NCBI GenBank assembly: GCA_964016885.1
Contig: OZ024741.1
Coordinates: 130,820,001-130,884,000 of the forward strand
Direction of reading: 5' to 3'
DNA length: 64,000 nt
Source: Eledone cirrhosa
Lineage: Eukaryota
Shown here: piece by piece, positions 52,701-64,000 of the stretch
Layout of the letters: every line of letters starts with the position of its first letter
Position numbering within the stretch: the stretch's first letter is position 1
Program-made: the position numbers and the translations under genes
Notes under the pieces: generated by a model
What the model saw: only the letters and a program-made list of their open reading frames with translations
Database searches by the model: none
What the model was told of the DNA's origin: nothing

Positions 52701-55700
52701 ACTAGGGTTGGAAGCAGTGAACATATAACTTTACACATCATATTTGTCTGTGTAACTCGGGTTGGAAGAGGTGAACATATAACTTTACACATCATATTTG
52801 TCTGTGTAACTAGGGTTGGAAGCAGTGAACATATAACTTTACACATCATATTTGTCTGTGTAACTAGGGTTGGAAGCAGTGAACATATAACTTTACACAT
52901 CATATTTGTCTGTGTAACTAGGGTTGGAAGCGGTGAACATATAACTTTACACATCATATTTGTCTGTTTAACTAGGGTTGGAAGCAGTGAACATATAACT
53001 TTACACATCATATTTGTCTGTGTAACTAGGGTTGGAAGAGGTGAACATATAACTTTACACATCATATTTGTCTGTGTAACTAGGGTTGGAAGCAGTGAAC
53101 ATATAACTTTACACATCATATTTGTCTGTGTAACTAGGGCTGGAAGCAGTGAACATGTAACTTTACACATCATATTTGTCTGCGTAACTCGGGTTGGAAG
53201 CGGTGAACATATAACTTTACACATCATATTTGTCTGTGGAACTAGGGTTGGAAGCGGTGAACAAATAACTTTACACATCATATTTGTCTGTGTAACTAGG
53301 GTTAGAAGCAGTGAACATATAACTTTACACATCATATTTGTCACTGTAACTAGGGTTGGAAGCAGTGAACATATAACTTTACAGATCATATTTGTCTGTG
53401 TAACTAGGGTTGGAAGCAGTGAACATACAACTTTACACATCATATTTGTCTGTGTAACTAGGGTTGGAAGCAGTGAACATATAACTTTACACATCATATT
53501 TGTCTGTGTAACTAGTGTAAGAAGCAGTGAACATATAACTTTACACATCATATTTGTCTGTGTAACAAGGGTTAGAAGCAGTGAACATATAACTTTACAC
53601 ATCATATTTGTCTGTGTAACTAGGGTTGGAAGCAGTGAACATATAACTTTACACATCATATTTATCTGTGCAACTAGGGTTAGAAGCAGTGAACATATAA
53701 CTTTACACATCATATTTGTCTGTGTAACTATGGTTAGAAGCAGTGAATATACAACTTTACACATCATATTTGTCTGTGTAACTAGGGTTGGAAGCAGTGA
53801 ACATATAACTTTACACATCATATTTTTCTATGTAACTAGGGTTGGAAGCAGTGAACATATAACTTTACACATCATATTTGTCTTTGTAACTAGGGTTGGA
53901 AGCGGTGAACAAATAACTTTACACATCATATTTGTCTGTGGAACTAGGGTTCGAAGCGGTGAACATATAACTTTACACATCATATTTGTCTGTTTAACTA
54001 GGGTTGGAAGCAGTGAACATATAAATTTACACATCATATTTGTCTGTGTAACTAGGGTTGGAAGCGGTGAACATATAACTTTACACATCATATTTGTCTG
54101 TGTAACTAGGGTTGGAAGCGGTGAACATATAACTTTACACATCATATTTGTCTGTGTAACTAGGGTTGGAAGCAGTGAACATATAACTTAACACATCATA
54201 TGTGTCTGTGTAACTAGGGTTGGAAGCGGTGAACATATAACGTTACACATCATATTTGTCTGTGTAATTAGGGTTGGAAGCAGTGAACATATAACTTTAC
54301 ACATCATATTTGTCTGTGTAACTAGGGTGGGAAGCAGTGAACATATAACTTTACACATCATATTTGTCTGTGTAACTCGGGTTGGAAGCGGTGAACAAAT
54401 AACTTTACACATCATATTTGTCTGTGGAACTAGGGTTCGAAGCGGTGAACATATAACTTTACACATCATATTTGTCTATGTAACTAGGGTTGGAAGCAGT
54501 GAACATATAACTTTACACATCATATTTGTCTGTGTAACTAGGGTTGGAAGCGGTGAACATATAACTTTACACATCATATTTGTCTGTGTAACTAGGGTTG
54601 GAAGCAGTGAACATATAACTTTACACATCATATTTGTCTGTGTAACTAGGGTTCGAAGCGGTGAACATATAACTTTACACATCATATTTGTCTGTGTAAC
54701 TAGGGTTGGAAGCGGTGAACATATAACTTTACACATCATATTCGTCTGTGTAACTAGGGTTGGAAGCAGTGAACATAGAACTTTACACATCATATTTGTC
54801 TGTGTAACTAGGGTGGGAAGCAGTGAACATATAACTTTACACATCATATTTGTCTGTGTAACTCGGGTTGGAAGCGGTGAACAAATAACTTTACACATCA
54901 TATTTGTCTGTGGAACTAGGGTTCGAAGCGGTGAACATATAAGTTTACACATCATATTTGTTTGTTTAACTAGGGTTGGAAGCAGTGAACATAGAACGTT
55001 ACACATCATATTTGTCTGTGTAACTAGGGTGGGAAGCAGTGAACATATAACTTTACACATCATATTTGTCTGTGTAACTAGGATTGGAAGCGGTGAACAT
55101 ATAATTTTACACATCATATTTGTCTGTGTTACTGGGGTTGGAAGCAGTAAACATATGACTTTACACATCATATTTGTCTGTGTAACTAGGGCTGGAAGCA
55201 GTGAACATATAACTTTACACATCATATTTGTCTGTGTAACTAGGGTTGGAAGCAGTGAACATATAACTTTACACATCATATTTGTCTGTGTAACTAGGGC
55301 TGGAAGCAGTGAACATATAACTTTACACATCATATTTGTCTGTGTAACTAGGGTTGGAAGCAGTGAACATATAACTTTACACATCATATTTGTCTGTGTA
55401 ACTAGGGTTGGAAGCGGTGAAAATATAACTTTACACATCATATTTGTCTGTGTAACTAGGGTTGGAAGCAGTGAACATATAACTTAACACAACATATGTG
55501 TCTGTGTAACTAGGGTTGGAAGCGGTGAACATATAACGTTACAAATCATATTTGTCTGTGTAACTAGGGTTGGAAGCAGTGAACATATAAATTTACACAT
55601 CATATTTGTCTGTGTCACTAGGGTTGGAAGTAGTGAACATATAACTTTACACATCATATTTGTCTGTGTACCTAGGGTTAGAATCAGTGAACATATAACT

Positions 55701-58700
55701 TTACACATCATATTTGTCTGTGTAACTAGGGTTAGAAGCAGTGAATATACAACTTTACACATTATATTTGTCTGTGTAACTAGGGTTGGAAGCAGTGAAC
55801 ATATAACTTTACACATCATATTTGTCTCTGTAACTAGGGTTGGAAGCAGTGAACATATAACTTTACACATCATATTTGTCTGTGTAACTAGGGTTGGAAG
55901 CAGTGAACATATAACTTTGCACATCATATTTGTTTGTGTAACTAGGGTTGGAAGCAGTGAACATATAACTTTACACATCATATTTGTCTGTGTAACTAGG
56001 GTTGGAAGCAGTGAACATATAATTTTACACATCATATTTGTCTGTGTAACTAGGGTTAGAAGCAGTGAACATATAATTTTACACATCATATTTGTCACTG
56101 TAACTAGGTTTGGAAGCAGTGAACATATAACTTTACAGATCATATTTGTCTGTGTAACTAGGGTTGGAAGCAGTGAACATATAACTTTACACATCATATT
56201 TGTCTGTGTAACTAGGGTTGGAAGCGGTGAACATATAACTTTACACATCATATGTGTCTGTGTAACTAGGGTTGGAAGCGGTGAACATATAACGTTACAC
56301 ATCATATTTGTCTGTGTAACTAGGGTTGGAAGCAGTGAACATATAAATTTACACATCATATTTGTCTGTGTAACTAGGGTTGGAAGCAGTGAACATATAA
56401 CTTTACACATCATATTTGTCTGTGTAACTAGGGTTAGAAGCAGTGAACATATAACTTTACACATCATATTTGTCTGTGTAACTAGGGTTAGAAGAAGTAA
56501 ATATACAACTTTACACATCATATTTGTCTGTGTAACTAGGGTTGGAAGCAGTGAACATTTAACTTTACACATCATATTTGTCTCTGTAACTAGGGTTGGA
56601 AGCAGTGAACATATAACTTTACACATCATATTTGTCTGTGTAACTAGGGTTGGAAGCAGTGAACATATAACTTTACACATCATATTTGTCTGTGTAACTG
56701 GGGTTGGAAGCATTGAATATATAACTTTACACATCATATTTGTCTGTGTAACTAGGGTTCGAAGCAGTGAACATATAACTTTACACATCATATTTGTCTG
56801 TGTAACTAGGGTTGGAAGCAGTGAACATAAAACTTTACACATCATATTTGTCTGTGTAACTAGGGTTAGAAGCAGTGAACATATAACTTTACACATCATA
56901 TTTGTCACAGTAACTAGGGTTGGAAGCAGTGAACATATAACTTTACACATCATATTTGTCTGTGTAACTAGGGTTGGAAGCAGTGAACATACAACTTTAC
57001 ACATCATATTTGTCTGTGTAACTAGGGTTGGAAGCAGTGAAGATACAACTTTACACATCGTATTTGACTGTGTAACTAGGGTTGGAAGCAGTGAACATAT
57101 AACTTTACACATCAGATTTGTCTGTGTAACTAGGGTTGGAAGCAGTGAACATATAACTTTACACATCATATTTGTCTGTCTAACTAGGGTTGGAAGCAGT
57201 GAACATATAACTTTACACATCATATTTGTCTGTGTAACTAGGGTTAGAAGCAGTGAACATATAACTTTACACATCATATTTGTCTGCGTAACTAGGGTTG
57301 GAAGCAGTAAACATACAACTTTACACATCATATTTGTCTGTGTAACTAGGGTTGGAAGCAGTGAACATATAACTTTACACATCATATTTCTCTGTGTAAC
57401 TAGGGTTGGAAGCAGTGAAAATATAACTTTATACATCATATTTGTCTGTGTAACTAGGGTTGGAAGCAGTGAACATATAACTTTACACATCATATTTGTC
57501 TGTGTAACTAGGGTTGGAATCAGTGAACATATAACTTTACACATCATATTTCTCTGTGTAACTAGGGTTGGAAGCAGTGATCATATAACTTTACACATCA
57601 TATTTGTCTGTGTAACTAGGGTTCGAAGCGGTGAACATATAACTTTACACATCATATTTGTCTGTTTAACTAGGGTTGGTAGCAGTGAACATATAACTTT
57701 ACACATCATATTTGTCTGTGTAACTAGGGTTGGAAGCACTGAACATATAACTTTACACATCATATTTGTCTATGTAACTAGGGTTGGAACAGTGAACATA
57801 TAACTTTACACATCATATTTGTCTGTGTAACTAGGGTTGGAAGCGGTGAACATATAACTTTACACATCATATTTGTCTGTGTAACTAGGGTTGGGAGCAG
57901 TGAACATATAATTTTACACATCATATTTGTCTGTGTAACTAGGGTTGGAAGCAGTGAACATATAACTTTACATATCATATTTGTCTGTGTAACTGGGGTT
58001 GGAAGCAGTGAATATATAACTTTACACATCATATTGTCTGTGTAACTAGGGTTGGAAGCAGTGAACATATAACTTTACACATCATATTTGTCTGTGTAAC
58101 TAGGGTTGGAAGCAGTGAACATATAACTTTACACATCATATTTGTCTGTGTAACTAGGGTTAGAAGCAGTGAACATATAACTTTACACATCATATTTGTC
58201 ACAGTAACTAGGGTTGGAAGCAGTGAACATATAACTTTACACATCATATTTGTCTGTGTAACTAGGGTTGGAAGCAGTGAACATACAACTTTACACATCA
58301 TATATGTCTGTGTAACTAGGGTTGGAAGCAGTGAAGATACAACTTTACACATCATATTTGTCTGTGCAACTAGGGTTGGAAGCAGTGAACATATAACTTT
58401 ACACATCAGATTTGTCTGTGTAACTAGGGTTGGAAGCAGTAAAGATATAACTTTACACATCATATTTGTCTGTGTAACTAGGGTTGGAAGCAGTGAACAT
58501 ACAACTTTACACATCATATTTGTCTGTGTAACTAGGGTTAGAAGCAGTGAACAAATAACTTTACACATCATATTTGTCTGCGTAACTAGGGTTGGAAGCA
58601 GTAAACATACAACTTTACACATCATATTTGTCTGTGTAACTAGGGTTGGAAGCAGTGAACATATAACTTTACACATCATATTTCTCTGTGTAACTAGGGT

Positions 58701-61700
58701 TGGAAGCAGTGAACATATAACTTTACACATCATATTTGTGTGTGTAACTAGGTTTGGAAGCAGTGAACATATAACTTTACACAACATATTTGTCTGTGTA
58801 ACTAGGGTTGGAAGAGGTGAACATATAACTTTACACATCATATTTCTCTGTGTAACTAGGGTTGGAAGCAGTGAACATATAACTTTACACATCATATTTG
58901 TGTGTGTAACTAGGTTTGGAAGCAGTGAACATATAACTTTACACAACATATTTGTCTGTGTAACTAGGGTTGGAAGCGGTGAACATATAACTTTACACAT
59001 CATATTTGTCTGTGTAACTAGGGTTGGAAGCGGTGAACATATAACTTTACACATCATATTTGTCTGTGTAACTAGGGTTGGGAGCAGTGAACATATAACT
59101 TTACACATCATATTTGTCTGTGTAACTAGGGTTGGAAGCAGTGAACATATAACTTTACATATCATATTTGTCTGTGTAACTGGGGTTGGAAGCAGTGAAT
59201 ATATAACTTTACACATCATATTTGTCTGTGTAACTAGGGTTGGAAGCAGTGAACATATAACTTTACACATCATATTTGTCTGTGTAACTAGGGTTGGAAG
59301 CAGTGAACATATAACTTTACACATCATATTTGTCTGTGTAACTAGGGTTAGAAGCAGTGAACATATAACTTTACACATCATATTTGTCACAGTAACTAGG
59401 GTTGGAAGCAGTGAACATATAACTTTACACATCATATTTGTCTGTGTAACTAGGGTTGGAAGCAGTGAACATACAACTTTACACATCATATATGTCTGTG
59501 TAAATAGGGTTGGAAGCAGTGAAGATACAACTTTACACATCATATTTGTCTGTGTAACTAGGGTTGGAAGCAGTGAACATATAACTTTACACATCAGATT
59601 TGTCTGTGTAACTAGGGTTGGAAGCAGTAAAGATATAACTTTACACATCATATTTGTCTGTGTAACTAGGGTTGGAAGCAGTGAACATACAACTTTACAC
59701 ATCATATTTGTCTGTGTAACTAGGGTTAGAAGCAGTGAACATATAACTTTACACATCATATTTGTCTGCGTAACTAGGGTTGGAAGCAGTAAACATACAA
59801 CTTTACACATCATATTTGTCTGTGTAACTAGGGTTGGAAGCAGTGAACATATAACTTTACACATCATATTTCTCTGTGTAACTAGGGTTGGAAGCAGTGA
59901 ACATATAACTTTACACATCATATTTGTGTGTGTAACTAGGTTTGGAAGCAGTGAACATATAACTTTACACATCATATTTGTCTGTGTAACTAGGGTTGGA
60001 AGAGGTGAACATATAACTTTACACATCATATCTGTCTGTGTAACTAGGGTTGGAAGCAGTGAACATATAACTTTACACATCATATTTGTCTGTGTAACTA
60101 GGATTGGAAGCGGTGAACATATAATTTTACACATCATATTTGTCTGTGTTACTGGGGTTGGAAGCCATAAACATATGACTTTACACATCATATTTGTCTG
60201 TGTAACTAGGGCTGGAAGCAGTGAACATATAACTTTACACATCATATTTGTCTGTGTAACTAGGGTTGGAAGCAGTGAACATATAACTTTACACATCATA
60301 TTTGTCTGTGTAACTAGGGCTGGAAGCAGTGAACATATAACTTTACACATCATATTTGTCTGTGTAACTAGGGTTGGAAGCAGTGAACATATAACTTTAC
60401 ACATCATATTTGTCTGTGTAACTAGGGTTAGAAGCAGTGAACATATAACTTTACACATCATATTTGTCTGTGTAACTAGGGTTAGAAGCAGTGAATATAC
60501 AACTTGACACATCATATTTGTCTGTGTAACAAGGGTTGGAAGCAGTGAACATATAACTTTACACATCATATTTGTCTGTGTAACTAGGATTGGAAGCGGT
60601 GAACATATAATTTTACACATCATATTTGTCTGTGTAACTGGGGTTGGAAGCAGTAAATATATGACTTTACACATCATATTTGTCTGTGTAACTAGGGCTG
60701 GAAGCAGTGAACATATAACTTTACACATCATATTTGTCTGTGTAACTAGGGTTGGAAGCAGTGAACATATAACTTTACACATCATATTTGTCTGTGTAAC
60801 TAGGGCTGGAAGCAGTGAACATATAACTTTACACATCATATTTGTCTGTGTAACTAGGGTTGGAAGCAGTGAACATATAACTTTACACATCATATTTGTC
60901 TGTGTAACTAGGGCTGGAAGCAGTGAACATATAACTTTACACATCATATTTGTCTGTGTAACTAGGGTTGGAAGCAGTGAACATATAACTTTACACATCA
61001 TATTTGTCTGTGTAACTAGGGTTAGAAGCAGTGAACATATAACTTTACACATCATATTTGTCTGTGTAACTAGGGTTAGAAGCAGTGAATATACAACTTG
61101 ACACATCATATTTGTCTGTGTAACTAGGGTTGGAAGCAGTGAACATATAACTTTACACATCATATTTGTCTCTGCAACTAGGGTTGGAAGCAGTGAACAT
61201 ATAACTTTACACATCATATTTGTCACAGTAACTAGGGTTGGAAGCAGTGAACATATAACTTTACGCATCATATTTGTCTGTGTAACTGGGGTTGGAAGCA
61301 GTGAATATATAACTTTACACATCATATTTGTCTGTGTAACTAGGGTTGGAAGCAGTGAACATATAACTTTACACATCATATTTGTCTGTGTAACTAGGGT
61401 TGGAAGCAGTGAACATATAACTTTACACATCATATTTGTCTCTGCAACTAGGGTTGGAAGCAGTGAACATATAACTTTACACATCATATTTGTCACAGTA
61501 ACTAGGGTTGGAAGCAGTGAACATATAACTTTACACATCATATTTGTGTGTGTAACTAGGTTTGGAAGCAGTGAACATATAACTTTACACATCATATTTG
61601 TCTGTGTAACTAGGGTTGGAAGAGGTGAACATATAACTTTACACATCATATCTGTCTGTGTAACTAGGGTTGGAAGCAGTGAACATATAACTTTACACAT

Positions 61701-64000
61701 CATATTTGTCTGTGTAACTAGGATTGGAAGCGGTGAACATATAATTTTACACATCATATTTGTCTGTGTTACTGGGGTTGGAAGCCATAAACATATGACT
61801 TTACACATCATATTTGTCTGTGTAACTAGGGCTGGAAGCAGTGAACATATAACTTTACACATCATATTTGTCTGTGTAACTAGGGTTGGAAGCAGTGAAC
61901 ATATAACTTTACACATCATATTTGTCTGTGTAACTAGGGCTGGAAGCAGTGAACATATAACTTTACACATCATATTTGTCTGTGTAACTAGGGTTGGAAG
62001 CAGTGAACATATAACTTTACACATCATATTTGTCTGTGTAACTAGGGTTAGAAGCAGTGAACATATAACTTTACACATCATATTTGTCTGTGTAACTAGG
62101 GTTAGAAGCAGTGAATATACAACTTGACACATCATATTTGTCTGTGTAACAAGGGTTGGAAGCAGTGAACATATAACTTTACACATCATATTTGTCTGTG
62201 TAACTAGGATTGGAAGCGGTGAACATATAATTTTACACATCATATTTGTCTGTGTAACTGGGGTTGGAAGCAGTAAATATATGACTTTACACATCATATT
62301 TGTCTGTGTAACTAGGGCTGGAAGCAGTGAACATATAACTTTACACATCATATTTGTCTGTGTAACTAGGGTTGGAAGCAGTGAACATATAACTTTACAC
62401 ATCATATTTGTCTGTGTAACTAGGGCTGGAAGCAGTGAACATATAACTTTACACATCATATTTGTCTGTGTAACTAGGGTTGGAAGCAGTGAACATATAA
62501 CTTTACACATCATATTTGTCTGTGTAACTAGGGCTGGAAGCAGTGAACATATAACTTTACACATCATATTTGTCTGTGTAACTAGGGTTGGAAGCAGTGA
62601 ACATATAACTTTACACATCATATTTGTCTGTGTAACTAGGGTTAGAAGCAGTGAACATATAACTTTACACATCATATTTGTCTGTGTAACTAGGGTTAGA
62701 AGCAGTGAATATACAACTTGACACATCATATTTGTCTGTGTAACTAGGGTTGGAAGCAGTGAACATATAACTTTACACATCATATTTGTCTCTGCAACTA
62801 GGGTTGGAAGCAGTGAACATATAACTTTACACATCATATTTGTCACAGTAACTAGGGTTGGAAGCAGTGAACATATAACTTTACGCATCATATTTGTCTG
62901 TGTAACTGGGGTTGGAAGCAGTGAATATATAACTTTACACATCATATTTGTCTGTGTAACTAGGGTTGGAAGCAGTGAACATATAACTTTACACATCATA
63001 TTTGTCTGTGTAACTAGGGTTGGAAGCAGTGAACATATAACTTTACACATCATATTTGTCACAGTAACTAGGGTTGGAAGCAGTGAACATATAACTTTAC
63101 ACATCATATTTGTCTGTGTAACTAGGGTTGGAAGCAGTGAACATACAACTTTACACATCATATTTGTCTGTGTAACTAGGGTTAGAAGCAGTGAACATAT
63201 AACTTTACACATCATATTTGTCTGCGTAACTAGGGTTGGAAGCAGTGAACATATAACTTTATACATCATATTTGTCTGTGTAACTAGGGTTGGAAGCAGT
63301 GAACATATAACTTTACACATCATATTTGTCTGTGTAACTAGGGTTGGAATCAGTGAACATATAACTTTACACATCATATTTGTCTGTGTAACTAGGGTTG
63401 GAAGAAGTGAACATATAACTTTACACATCATATTTGTGTGTGTAACTAGGTTTGGAAGCAGTGAACATATAACTTTACACATCATATTTGTCTGTGTAAC
63501 TAGGGTTGGAAGAGGTGAACATATAACTTTACACATCATATTTGTCTGTGTAACTAGGGTTGGAAGCAGTGAACATATAACTTTACACATCATATTTGTC
63601 TGTGTAACTAGGGTTGGAAGCGGTGAACATATAACTTTACACATCATATTTGTCTGTTTAACTAGGGTTGGTAGCAGTGAACATATAACTTTTCACATCA
63701 TATTTGCCTGTGTAACTAGGGTTGGAAGCGGTGAACATATAACTTTACACATAATATTTGTCTGTGTAACTAGGGTTGGAAGCGGTGAACATATAATTTT
63801 ACACATCATATTTGTCTGTGGAACTAGGGTTGGAAGGGGTGAACATATAACTTTACACATCATATTTGTCTGTGTAACTAGGGTTGGAAGCAGTAAACAT
63901 ATAACTTCACACATCATATTTGTCTGTGTAACTAGGGCTGGAAGCAGTGAACATATAACTTTACACATCATATTTGTCTGCGTAACTCGGGTTGGAAGCG
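43775..64000. repeat. 54-bp satellite array (about 374 monomers, runs off the window end)
   Basis: Consensus CATATTTGTCTGTGTAACTAGGGTTGGAAGCAGTGAACATATAACTTTACACAT; very few indels; higher-order duplications. Confidence 0.99.

Noticed and set aside
43625-63971. Giant ORFs of up to 2378 aa on both strands of the satellite as real genes
   Set aside because: A 54-nt monomer without stops in one frame per strand gives such ORFs automatically. Scattered stops and 1-nt deletions occur, and variants are mostly non-synonymous.
43775-64000. CRISPR-like array
   Set aside because: No unique spacers; pure tandem monomers in a eukaryotic context with no cas genes.

Overview
Repeat-dense eukaryotic window with no recognisable intact host gene. 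The SINE family, LINE content and very high (TA)n/(CA)n density suggest a cephalopod (Octopus-like) genome; this is an inference. Contents: (1) an apparently intact CR1-group LINE (4979-9345, minus). Its ORF1 carries a Myb/SANT-like N-terminus, polyQ and two CCCH fingers. Its ORF2 has no ATG before the endonuclease and overlaps ORF1 in the -1 frame behind two in-register slippery heptamers. (2) About 15 copies of a tRNA-derived SINE, several with clear target-site duplications (TSDs). (3) Penelope-like element (PLE) remnants plus a cluster of short, non-coding cassettes with hammerhead-ribozyme motifs (retrozyme-like, about 0.4-0.7 kb units), mostly between (TA)n tracts, at 10.6-11.1 kb and 23.5-34.6 kb. 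(4) A near-full-length Tx1/L1-clade LINE bracketed by (TAGA)n, with a related element nested in its endonuclease. (5) A non-autonomous Helitron-like element. (6) A >20 kb, 54-bp satellite with higher-order duplications that begins directly in a Helitron Rep remnant and appears to be an amplified piece of that coding sequence. All family assignments come from motif recognition by eye; no database search was run.
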